A DNA stretch of 64,000 bases, taken from the NCBI GenBank assembly GCA_043228905.1, contig JBHGNT010000022.1:6634001-6698000 (forward strand). The letters are read 5' to 3'. Below the pieces are notes generated by a model. It saw only the letters and a program-made list of their open reading frames with translations. It searched no databases and was not told the DNA's origin. This document shows, piece after piece, positions 47,480 to 59,890 of this stretch; the stretch's first letter is position 1, and each line of letters opens with the position of its first letter. The translations under genes were made by a program, and so were the position numbers. Source of the DNA: Azolla caroliniana (Eukaryota > Plantae > Polypodiophyta).

Positions 47480-49275
47480 CCTACCTCCACATTTTACTAG
47501 GAAGGCAAACACCCTCCCAACTCGAGAATAGGATAACTAATTACTCATTGCACAACCTTTCCTCTTTCCACCTTCCTCCACCCTAACTCAAACTTCTAAG
47601 CTTAGGTCTAGACTTTATTCCCCCACCCCAACCTATTAGAAAACAACACTTGATAGACGTTGTTACATCCTTGGATAGAACCTACCGCCTCAGATATTTC
47701 TTTAGAAACTCTACTAACATTATCTCTCCATTAGAATACCGAACCCCAATTGGAATCCCCCAGCCATGCCAAAAATCACACAAACCATCACATCTATCAC
47801 CTCTACCCTCCCCACCCACCATCCAACCTCGCCCTCATAGGAACTTTAGAACTGCACTACATAATCTCAAAAACAATCAAGACATAGTTATTAAACCCGC
47901 GTATAAAAATCTAGGCACATGCATTCTCTCTAAGGAGTGGTACCTTAACGAATGCCTTAGACAGCTTAACGACAAAAACACTTACACCCCCGTCAAAGAC
48001 GTCCCCCTAGCAACTCTCCACAACCGACTTGAACACCTCTGTTTGAAAGCTTCCCCCCACCTCTCCAAGGAGGAAATTAGATTCCTCCTTCAGAAACCCA
48101 AACATGGTTTCAGGATATGTCGTTTCTACATCATCCCCAAAATCCACAAGCCCACTATTGTAGGATGCCCTATCTGCGCCTACAACAATTATGTTTTCGA
48201 AAGAGCCTCTAAATGGCCACACCATCTACTACATCCTGTCTTATTGCCTAAAAAACAACACCTCAAAGACTCCTTAACACTTGTTAAGGACCTAGCACAC
48301 CACACCTTCCCCAAAACTTGCACGTTGTTTTCTTTTGACATAGTGTCACTATATCCCAGTATACCTACCACGGAAGGTCTATTGGTTTTTAAAAAATCTA
48401 TCTCACATCATTTCCCACCACACAAAACCAAAATCATTATGAGTGTCACTGAACTTATACTTAGAAACAATTTTCTCTCCTTTAATAATGCTTTTTGGTT
48501 ACAAATTAAAGGCACCGCAATGGGTAGTAATTTTGTCATTGTTTACACTTGCTTGTTTCTTTCACAGCTAGAGGACGACAACCTAGCTTTCCAAACACTG
48601 CAACTACTCTACTACAAACGCTACATCGATGACGCCATAGGAGTTTGGGAAGGCTCCCCCGATACGCTTCACACCTTCTTACACCAATACGGTGTGCCTC
48701 TACAACAACACATCCGTATTGAATCAACAACCTCCCCTAAAGAGATCACCATCTTGGACGTCGTCTTCTTCAAAGGCCCATACTTTAAAGAATTCGGCAT
48801 CCTCGACACCGCATGCCACCAAAAACTTCTCAATGCCTATATGTACCTTCCGTGGAAATCCTTGCACCCCATAGCACACAAAAAGGGTTTCATCACGGGA
48901 GAACTAATATGGTATGCTATCCGAGAGAGCTCGGAAAATGGCTACATGGAACTACGCAAAAAGTTCTACGACCGACTAAGAGCTAGGGGCTACCCGTCGA
49001 AGTTCCTACTCAAGTGTTTTTTGACCGTCCCCTACTCCATACGAAACCAACTACTCTCTAACCAACCCAACAACAAAAAACCTCCACCCATTGTTTTTAA
49101 GGTTCGTTACTCACCATGTATCAAAAAACTCCAAATCAAAGCGCTCGTGAGAAACAAACTTAAACCCCTTCTAGGATAACCACAATATAGTTCCCTTACA
49201 CCCCCTCTCACGTGTTGGCTACATGGTAAAAAACTAAGAAACCACCTAGTGCAGTCATCCTTTCCCCCCACCTAA
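46985..49275 (+). pseudogene. PLE ORF2: Penelope-type reverse transcriptase with N-terminal AT-hook and no endonuclease
   Basis: HNLS..LLSLGLDFIP, IVIKPAYKNLG, FYIIPKIHK, SFDIVSLYPSIP, QIKGTAMGS, YKRYIDD, YLPWKSLHP..KKGF, RLRARGYP and RRGRPRK at 47428-47448. Premature stops at 47584 and 49177; likely true stop at 49273-49275. Confidence 0.9.
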
Positions 49276-49429
49276 AGTTTTGAGTACTCTCACCCCTCTT
49301 AACCCCCACCTAAAGTCTTGTGTACACTCTTTTACCTTCCCTTTGTACACACATTTGTATGTCCCACATACAAAGGACTCTCCTCCCTCTCCCTATAAAC
49401 CTAGTAGGCTTAGTTTTCATCATTTGTAC

Positions 49430-49475
49430 ATCGGGCACTGAAGAGCCTCCATCAAGGCGAAATGCATTTGTCGAT
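49430..49475 (+). ncRNA. Minimal type I hammerhead ribozyme in the PLE 3' UTR
   Basis: ATCGGGCA-CTGAAGA-GCCT ccatca AGGC-GAAA-TGCAT-T-TGTCGAT: conserved core, 4-bp stem II, palindromic minimal stem III and bulged stem I. Confidence 0.8.
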
Positions 49476-52400
49476 CGTTGCCTTATGATAGTAAAACTTT
49501 CTTTCCTTCTGTGTTGCTCTTATCTAATTTTTTGTCTTAAGTTCTTAAGTACTTATTTAATCAATTTTTATTAAGTACTTGTTTAATCACTTTTTTGTCA
49601 ATTTTTTTGTCTTGAGTTTTTAAGTATTTATTTAATAATTTTTTATTAAGTACTTGTTTAATAATCATTTTTATTACATACTTGTTTAACCCCTTTTTTT
49701 AAGTACTTGTTCAATCTTTTTTTGGTCTAATTTTTTGTTTAAACAATTGTTTAAGTATTCTCCTCTCTTAATCATAATCATCCTCTTCTTAGCCATGACC
49801 CCTTTTCTTTAATCATAATCCCTCCCTTCTCTTTTAATCATAACCTTGCTTTAAGTGTTTGCCCAAGAGTTTTCTTATCTAAGTATTTGTTTAAACATTC
49901 GTTTAAGTACTTTGTTTTAGCAACCCCTTCCCCCTTAATCATAATCCCTTCTTAACCATAATCATTTTTAATCTCAATCTCTCTTATTTTTTTATTTTTT
50001 TATTTTTTTATAATAATCTTTCTTTTAAGTGTTTGTTTAAGCGTGTGTTTAAACAACTCCCTTTCATCTAAGCGTGTGGTCCCATTTTAATAATACTCTA
50101 TATTGGTGTTTTAATAATACTCTATTGGTGTTTAATAACTTAAGTTATCCCAATGATCTTTAATATGTTCTAAAAACTTTGATTAGGTTTAAATACTTTT
50201 GATATCTTAAACAAGCTACACTCCCCTAGCCCCCCCACCCATGCCCTTGCTTTTCTATTCCCCTAAAACTATATCACTACTTAGGTTTAGACATACAAAT
50301 AAGATCTAAACTTGAGTCCACCCCAAACAACCCCCGATGAAGTGCCGCACACTTTAAGCAATCTTAAAAAACCCACAAAGTGTGTCGTATTGATTGTACT
50401 GCATGTGCACTCTACACAATTAGGAGAGCTAAGGTTCCCACGTTTCCATGCTCCCACCGGTAGGGACTTATGTATTAATAGCCATTGGAATGTGGTAATT
50501 CACCTCGCGTGTTGTTGTTTCCAGATTTTTTGCCAAAACTTGGTGATTATTGTGGGAGGAACTTGAAATGTGTGCTAGACCTTCGTAGCAGCCGGTTCTC
50601 GGGTGGTTTGAGCAGCTATAATGCAATCTAGTTGTGAATTGGAAGAAAGGGATGGGTTTGCTTCCTTGCCCCGCATAAGGATCACGCCATGTCCATTGCA
50701 AAGGGTCCCAATTGACCTTACGTAGCCATGTGTTTTCATGAGTACATATGTGCCAATCGAGTTGTACTTTGATCGGATCAGGATCTACAATCCATTTATG
50801 ACCAGTATACGCGAGTACTCGAATTGTGTTATTCTGTGTTGGTGTCTCAGTGTCTCGCAATTCAAAGCCTTCAAGTCTGTTTGGTGGTCCCCTACCTCTC
50901 GAGATCAGAGATCCCTCCTCCTCATGGCCTATCCATTTCTCCATTGTCGTCCTTTGAGTAGCAGATTCCCTAATTAGTAGAGCGTTAATGATTTCCAATC
51001 TCATAGTCTATCCGCCCCTGATTCCATGGAGTATGTTCGCCTGATCTTGTAGTGGCAGTAACATAAACCGTCACCAACATTCTATACTTTTTCTTGGACC
51101 TTCTGCAATGTATCCCCATGACAACCCCTTACGTGATCCTAGTAGTTGATTAGATTCATCCTTGATACATGGGTTCCATAGGATACGTTGACTGAGCCAA
51201 GCAAGTTCGGATCTCGGTTGATCACACTTGAGCCCTCGACGAATGTCACACCATGCCTTCCACATGGATGCACCGAATCTATCCTCCAATTGGCGGGAGA
51301 AACTAGGTTTGAGATCCATGTTTAGAATCCATCACGTTTGGGGGGCCCAATTGACCCCTTTTCGTGGCCTAAAGTAAGTGAAATGTAACCTCAATAGCAT
51401 TTTCCAACAGTCATTTCCTAGTTGGGATCCTCGTACCACAAATTTGGCAAGTAAGGCTTTCGATTGTGAAAGGGGATCAATAAGACCCAATCCCCCTCTC
51501 GACTTAGGCGTTGTGAGTATAGGTCACACCACCTTGGTGCGAGCTACATGGTCTTCCTTACCAGACCAAATGTAGTTGCGGACCAGTCGTTGAATCTAAT
51601 GTATACTTTCCTTGGAGATTGTCCAGCATGATAGACTATATCATGTTGTTGCGAGTAGTACCTAATTTGCCACTATGATGCGACCTGCTAGCGACAATTT
51701 TTTCGAGCTCCAATGTATCAACTTTTGTCGAACGGAAAGGATAACGGGTGCAATCATAGTCTCCGGCGATATGTTGAAACCAATTTGGAAACCCAAATAT
51801 TTGGTGCTCCCTCCTTGATTGATCCATTTGAAAGCGGGATGTGGGTGCCACGCTGGATGCGTTTCTTGAGAGAGCCATATTGCGCATGATTTGTGCCAAT
51901 TGATCATGGCGTTGGATCTCTTGCAAAATATAGCTAGCCCATTTTCTAGCTTTTGGAGGTTCTCCAAGTCCCCTTGCAGGTAAACTGTTGTGTCATTTGC
52001 AAATTCTATAAACAGGATGCTTTGGTGAGAATGAGGTACGGGAAGACCCCGTAGGTTGAGATGCCGCGAGTTGAGAAAGCAAGAGAGTGCTTTGGCGTAT
52101 AATAGAAATAAGGATGGAGCTAGTGGGCATCCCTGCCGTACAGATCGGGATATTCGGAAAAAGGGGCCCCTTTCACCTGCCAGCGAAACACAACTGTTGT
52201 CATTCCTATAAAGTCCTGCAATGCCTTTGATCCATGCCTCTTGAAAGCCGAGTTTCCTCATCACACTTTCTAGAAAGTTCTAGCATACCCTATCATATGC
52301 TTTCTCAAAATCTAGTAGCACCACCGCTACCTTGTAGTTGGTACGCTTGGCAAGGGCTACTGCTTCCCAGAATGAGAAGAGGTTGTCTAGGATGCTCTGA

Positions 52401-54214
52401 TTTCTAACGAAACATGTCTGGGACAGATGAATGAGTTGAGGGAGAAGTGGTGTTAAACGGTGTGCCATGATTTTTGAGAGCAACTTATAGACAGTATTGA
52501 GAAGAGTTATGGGCCGCCACTTGCTAATGTCGTTGGCATTCCCACCACTTTTAGGAATGAGATGTATCTTCCCCTATCCAAATTCCTCTGGCATGCTTCC
52601 AGAGGTGATGATCTCCTCATATGCCTGGAGGAGGTCTTCTTTAATAGTGTCCCAAAGGCATGTGAAAAAGTGTGGGGTGAGGCTGTCGATTCTGGGGTAA
52701 CTATCGGCATCTAAATCAATGAGGGCCTCCCATATCTCGATGATTGATATGGGACGCACGAGCTATGTATTCATTTCCAGCGTGACTTTCTCAGGTATGC
52801 TTTGGAGGATAATATCTTCTCTTATGTCTTCCCCTGTAGCTATAATGTCTTCGGTAAGTAGGCGGCTATAATAACTTGTGGCAATATTCCTCATTTCATC
52901 GCCATCCTTAGTGGTCTTTCCATCCTCTCAGTTGAGGCTGCGCATCACAGTTCTAGCGTGCCTCGGGCCTTTGGAGTGGAAGAATTCCTTCGTGGTTTTG
53001 TCCCCTACTCGAATCCATCGCGCCATGCTTCCATGAAACTCCATGTCATATATTTCCTTTTCCGCCATACTAAGTTCATGTTTGGTCATGGCGACTTGTC
53101 TTGCGATCCAAATACAGGACAGGTATCTCTGTTGGTGTTGTTGTAAGGCTATTAGTCCCCGTTTTGTCCTCTGTCGCTTCTCTTGAGCATCCTTGCTTCT
53201 GGTCTTGACAATCTCATGTAAGAGAGTAGAAGCTCTTGTTAATTTAGCTAAAAGTTTGTCTGATGTTGATGAGTCATTGACGGGTAATGACCATTGGTTG
53301 GATATTTGGTCCTTCACGTCTATATGTGTGTAAATAGTGTGTGGGATGCGAGTCTAGAATGGGCCCCATTTTCAGTGCAATTGAAAATGACTAGCTACCA
53401 GGTAATGGTCAGAGAAAGTCGTGCCTGGAGTTATGCGACACCACCCTCCCTTCACGTCTAGAGCCTCCCCCACATAAATGCGGTCAATGCGAGATAGGGT
53501 GGGTCCACTATTCCACCTATCTGATCGGGAGAATAGGAGAGAATCCCTTTTCCATTGGAAGTTAGCAGAATGCCAGATGTCTCGTAGGTTAAGGTGGACA
53601 CATAGCTTCTCCCATTGTTTACATTCCCTTCCTTGTAGAACTACGGGGTTGTTGTTGGAGCTATCGTGAATGGATTTGATCATATTAAAATCCCCTCCAA
53701 TGCACCACTCTTCCGCACCCGCTACTTGTAGGCGAATGCGGTCCCAGAATGTTGCCCTTTCTGTTCTGCTATTTGGAGCATAAACAATCATGAAGTTCCA
53801 TCACTGCCCTTGGATGGCCAACGTGCAAAAATGTGCCCTACCAGGTATAAGTGATTCTTGGTGTATTAAGCCTTGGGCTAGATGTTCCCGAATCAAAGTG
53901 CATGCTACATGCTATCGAGGTGGTGTTCCTATAACATGATGATGTCAACACCAGTCCCTAGTAAATATTCTTCAAGATCCCTTCTCAGTTTCCATCTGTT
54001 TTGCTGGTCTAGTCTACTTCTGAGCCCTTGCACATTCCATGTTATAATCTTCATACTCATGGAATGGGGTGGGAGATTGCCAGTTGTTCCTGGTGCTTTG
54101 CTCAACAGGTCGTGAGTGGGGAGCACTCACCATTTAGACATCCAATCATTTCCATGGATGGAATAGTGGTCCACATCCATGAGTGGAGTTTGTGGGCTAT
54201 CCTATGAGCTTCAA

Positions 54215-55980
54215 TCACATTATAGCATCATCGATCACGTTGTCAACCTCTAAGTAATAATGGAAGAAAGTTACTTAAGAGGTAATTTAAGGTTTAAATT
54301 GTTTCTTCGTGGACTTCAAGAAAGCTTTTGATATGGTATGTCATGAGCATGTTTAGAGTTCAATGGAAGAACTTGGGGTGCCAAGTGAATATATATGCTT
54401 GTAATTTCTCGAATCTATGCGAAGGTTATATGTTGTGTGATGAAATTTTAGATTTTTTCAATAACAAGATTGGTGTTAAGCTAGGATGTGCACTCTCACC
54501 AACTCTATTTGGTCTATTCATTGATGAATTAGAACAAATGGTTGCCAAATTTGTAAAGGAAGAAGGCATTAAAGAAGTTATCATTGGGAATGTAGTCGTT
54601 ATGCGTATGTTGTGTGCAAATGTGGTTCCCTTTCAAATACTTTAGGTGATGCACAAAAACTTATGAGGGTACTCAAAAAAATTTGCAAACATAGCAATTT
54701 AAGTGTCAAGAACTCTATAACAAAGATTATGCTTGTGAAGAGCCAAATAAAAGGTAAACCTTGCATTATGTATAATAATGAGTCACTTAAAATTGTGGAA
54801 GGAAGAAGGCATTAAAGAAGTTATCATTTGGAATATAGTCATTATGTGTATGTTGTGTGAAGATGTAGTTCCCTTTCGAATACTTTAGGAGATACGCAAA
54901 AGCTTATGATGGCACCGGAAGAATTTTGCAAACATACTAGTTTAAGTGTCAAGAACTCTATAACAAAGATTATGCTTGTGAAGAGCCAAAAAATAAGATA
55001 ACACCATTATGCATAATAATGAGTCACTTGAAATTGTGGAAGGCTTCATATACCTTGGTCTTGAAGTTCCTTCAAATCATAGATGGAATGAATATGCTAT
55101 CGACCGCTTAGAGGTGGGAAGGAGAGCATATTAGGCATTTGGGAACACATGCAATCATGTAGAAGTACCTTTTTTACCATTTGGTGACACTAATGCTTCT
55201 CTATGGGTAGAAGTATGGGGTGGTAGTATCCCTAAGTCCACTTGGAAAGAGTTTGAAAATGTCCAAAAACATTTTCTTACAAAGTTTCTCCAAGTCAAGA
55301 AACAAACTTTATACACCCTCCTTGAGATCATGGTCATGAAAGGGTTATTGAATACATGCTTAAGGTTCATGACCCTAAACCAGAAGAACATTGACCAGAA
55401 GCATGTAAAATCCATTGACTTCCTAGAATCTCAAGGGAAGCAATCAAATTCATCTAAAAAACACATTAAAAAAAATTGTTATCTAGTTGGATCAAATCCA
55501 TAAAAAAATGCCTTGGAAGATCATCTAAAAAACACATTAAAAAAATTTGTTATCTAGTCGGATCAAATCCATAAAAAAATGCCTTGGAAGATGGGATGCA
55601 ACACACTTTTTCACAATTCATCACTAGATTCTTCTATAAAGGAGGCCTTTTGGCAACACCAATGTTTCATGACATGGGAGAAATGTGGAGTCTCATGCTT
55701 CACATATTGTATTACATATATTGCACCTAATTACAAACAGTAAAAATACACACATCGATACATGTTAGGGCCCATCCTATTGTTAACCATCCAAACCATT
55801 GCTTCTATGCAACATAACTCACATGCACTACAATGTGAGATGGGGCTTTGGGGCACAAGTGATGAGAGTAGTCGAAGTGATGAGAGTAGTTAACTACACA
55901 CTCTGGTCGAAATAAGTTTGGGAGTGTATCACACTTTGATACAATGCTCTTCCTTTGATGATAAAAGTTACTTCTTCCAT
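54215..55980 (+). pseudogene. Old RTE-like non-LTR retrotransposon RT relic with internal tandem duplications (~243 bp at 54558/54801; ~70 bp at 55450/55521)
   Basis: FVDFKKAFD, IGVKLGCALSPTLFGLFIDELE and YLGL, with many frameshifts. Clade assignment is tentative. Confidence 0.7.
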
Positions 55981-57435
55981 GTGGTTCTTCTTAAGAACCA
56001 ATTAAAGGTTGGTGTGGGAGGTTGTACTATTGAAGCAATTCATTTCCAAAATTTATTTTTAAGGCATTAAAGAAGAGGCCTCTAACCCTATGATTGTTTT
56101 GCTATAAATGTTCTCACCTATGTTGTCCATGGAATATGCAAGTACTACAACACGAAAGTCTATAGGATTGAATGAGTTGAACTCACTTAGAATGTTTTAT
56201 GATGCTTAAAAATTTGATAAATGGAAATGAGAATGAATATACAATTTTAAAATTCAAGATGCCACTAGATATGACTATCTATTGAGGAACCTAAACCAGA
56301 AGATGATTAATAAGTGCCAATGCAATAAAACAAAGCATATCATTGTATTTTCACAAGGATTTCTTGTGATCATGATGAAATGAAGACTTCATACAAGTCA
56401 ATAGACTGAAATTTTGTTAAAGTTCCATTACAAATTTCCCCATGTATCAACCTGTTACTCTCTCTTACCAAGAGAATTAACTATAAATGTTCACAAGCTG
56501 GTATATGATGCTTCAATTATGAAATTTTACTATAAGTAACAGTTAAATTTTATTTTTCTCTTGTTTTTTTCTGAATGACATGTAAACTAGTAGTAAAATG
56601 ACAAATAAGACTTTTGAAAATCCAATAAGGTGAACTGGAAGACAAGAAGATTTCAAGGGTCAAAAAGTTTGCCAAAACTCTGATTACAAACCATAATAAG
56701 GTAAGCTTGAATAAAATTATTCTAAGATTAATGAGGAAATACTCCCAAACTCACTGATAATAAAAGTTACTTCTTACACAATGATAAAATTATTCTAAGA
56801 TAAACAAATCACAAGCAAACAATGCTGGCCACTTCATTTTTTTCATATTTTATCATAACAGTTATTTTATCATGCTGACATCAATCACAGACTAATTATG
56901 ATTAGCCTGATTAATTGGATTGATACTGCGAACATTCAAATACTTAAATGAAGAATACATCACGATAACTATTGAAATCTTTTCTACATCAAGAACAGCA
57001 TGCACCAAATGTTGGGTTCCTTTTCATAAATCTCTATCAAAATAACTCCAGAATTAAGTAAAAACATAATTTACTGTTTTCGTAAGAAGTCTTCATTTAT
57101 TTTAATACATGCAAGTCACTTGTGTTGAGAGCCCACATGACATCAATATAGTCATAAGGTCATGATCACGGAATATGTTTTGACACATCTGCATTTTCCA
57201 GTTCCTGAACTAACCTCCTAATGAAGAGGGAGAGATATTTATGTACATTTTCCTATAGCTGAATGGAAAATGTCTGCAAAGCAGTTTTGCTATTTCTGGT
57301 AATAGCATAAATCAAGGAACCTCCAAGAATTGTGCAATCTAATAGTTGATATTAATTCATTTAATGTTGGACTTTTGCAGGGGATTGTACCATTCGACGA
57401 ATGTGTTGAATCTTGAGGTACTCTGAGAAGAAAAT

Positions 57436-59890
57436 TTAAACAAGAAATTTGGGACGATTTGATGGGAATCTCTTCGCTAATAACCTGGCTACTCGACCTT
57501 CAGCAATCACCTGGAAAGAACGTTTATTTTGCATAAGTAGAAGAAATTGTGTGTTAAACCCTAAAGGATAAGAAATGCTGTTTGAATTACCTTTTGCCAT
57601 ACCACCACAGTGGCAAGGGAACTCATTATAAGAATCCACAGGCGAAGACGAAAACTGAATGGCATGGCAGGTGATGGCACCCCTCCAGCTTCCTGAAAAT
57701 GGAGAAGGTAAGACCTCTCAAGTATTTCATATTTGGATATATAATCAGAAACACATGCCTACATGCATCAATTGAAAGCTACGAGTACCCCCTTCTCTTT
57801 ATTGAGAATGCATGCATTCTCCCAGTGAACACATCTGAAACCAATGTTGGGCATCAGGGCATGAGAAAGCAACAGGGTGTGATCTGGCCATGGTTAAATG
57901 TGTCCCAACAAGTATAATATTTAGAAGTCCAAGAATAAAGATTTATTTTCTTTCATTACCTATATATGTAGTCAATGAGATGCTCCTTAGCACTTACAAT
58001 TTATTACAGACTATCAGAACATGTCAAAAACCCAAGTACGAAGTAATCAACAAGTATACTATCTAGATGACTACGAATAACGATTTATTTTCTTTTGTGA
58101 CCTAATTGCATGTAATCAATCAGATGCTATTTAGTACTTATGTGCATATCATAGTATTGGTCACGAGAGATATACCTGATACGCAAGCCACACAGGCGAA
58201 GATGTTCCCACACTATTAAATTCCTCACTAGCGACATGCCACAATTTAGTGAAGCCACTAGATGGAAGAAGAAGCACAAATGACATCAAGATCATTAAAG
58301 ATCCGTAGATGATCTGAAATCAAATCATGTTTGCATATATTGTCAGCATCTTTAACCTTAAATGAATGGAAGAGGCATATTACATATAGACTTCAAATAT
58401 ACTGAATTTGGTACCTAGACTCAAGTTGAGGCACAAGAGGATCACAGCTGAATTGAATGGTAAAAATAATATTGAGTGTGTAACATTTGTACATTTTCTT
58501 AAATGTCATGAGGATTCATATCTACGGCCTAAACCCTAATCGCAAACCTCAAACAGTATTAGAATTGTCATGGCATGAAAAAAAATTTATAGACTCAAAA
58601 TCATGTTGACAATATAAAAAACTATACGACAACATAACATACATCAGGATTTGGGATGAAATCAAAGCAACATGTGAATTAAAGATATAAGTTATTAAAG
58701 CAGGAATAACGTCAGTAGTTTGACCATTTTAGGATAATGGAAGGATTAGGAGAACAGCAGAAGATATGAAAACAACGTTACATTACAAGTGCAACAACAT
58801 TTACTTGACTGAGATCAAGTTCCAGTGTTAGGCACCTTGTCATCTAGAGTGGTGGAACTGTCTCCATTTTACCATATGATTATATACTGATGTTATTGTG
58901 CACAAATAAATACTTTTATCATCAGGGCGATTATAGGGTTTGCTTTCATTACATCATTGCAGTAGAATCTAACATTTGCTCATAAGAGGATGGATTATTA
59001 ACATCCATAAAAGGATTGAAATACGCTATAAAATAATGGGTAATGGGGAGAGATGGATGGAAATGAGTTTGTGACGCCCTGGTGGATTCTTTGACTTGCG
59101 TGCTGATGATATATATATAATCTTGTTATTCATTCAAAACATTTAAGCCTAAACAAATATTTTTACATGTAATTCTTCTTGCATAATTGGAACCTTTGAT
59201 ACCATTTATTACTAAAACCAATCATTAGTGTAGTCTACTGAAGATGGAATGATACTCGATTACTCTATTATCAAAATAAGTGCAGCTCCTGAAGGTTAGG
59301 AAGCTTACCACAAGCAACTTATTATGGAATATGCTTTTTCGGAAGATGGATCCAAATGTAAAAACGAAGGACGAGGTTATGAACTGAAAATACATTGTAA
59401 AGAACAATACAGTTGACTCCCAATTATCTCCGAGAGTCCACCAATTTGCACCATGAGAGTACCTGTCCGGGGATTTTTCACTTCACACGTGCTCAAGTAT
59501 TGTAATAAAGTGTGAAAATCATATAGAAATCCTAGAACTTACCTGGCTGGCCACCTGACATATTCAGGTTGCTTCTCCATTAAGATCACCGCTCCAATCA
59601 AGAACAAAACATTTATAACCCATACACCAGCCACAGATGCCACATTTATAGGGCCTAGAAGACTAGAAGTGGGCCTTGCCTATGGTCTCAGAACAATTAA
59701 ATCAGATTTATGGATATAAATCACATAGTATTTATAGATTTATAGATAGAATCATCTAGCATGCATTTTTTGAAGTCTAACCTTTCCTAGAGTATCCTCT
59801 GGATAGCATAGTGTCATAGCATAACCAAGACTAAGAACTGCAACGCCATCAATAAAAAGATACCCCATTTGGCAAATAATAACTCCATAC
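57436..59890 (-). CDS. Last six coding exons of a P5-type (probably P5B, ATP13A/Ypk9-like) P-type ATPase: 59890-59782, 59679-59543, 59462-59309, 58313-58176, 57692-57591, 57510-57436
   Basis: All introns are GT-AG with consistent phases. The spliced product reads YGVIICQMGYLFIDGVAVLSLGYAMTLCYPEDTLGK-ARPTSSLLGP..-WWTLGDNWESTVLF..FQFITSSFVFTFGSIFRK..-..MPFSFRLRLW..RPKFLV*, matching the TM6-TM10 pattern of P5 ATPases. Upstream exons were not found in the window. Confidence 0.85.

Larger units (their letters stand above)
46278..50387 (+). mobile_element. Endonuclease-deficient Penelope-like element (Athena/Coprina-like architecture), 5'-truncated
   Basis: Helical ORF1, -1 frameshift cassette, PLE-type RT that stops without a GIY-YIG domain, hammerhead motif and 1.1-kb AT-rich 3' UTR. 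Confidence 0.88.
45438..54200 (-). mobile_element. L1-type LINE (B): near-complete decayed ORF2 with A-rich 3' tail, interrupted by the PLE
   Basis: EN MKIITWNVQGL, VYAPN, GGDFN, SRIDRI, SDH. RT LLDFEKAYDRV, VRQGCPLAP, KYLG. C-terminal cysteine motif and LWILWK. Stop ~45553; T-rich tract on plus at 45438-45471. Confidence 0.9.

Noticed and set aside
50181-50311. Telomeric repeats in the PLE 3' UTR (TTAGGTTT words)
   Set aside because: Isolated imperfect words in AT-rich DNA, not tandem TTTAGGG.
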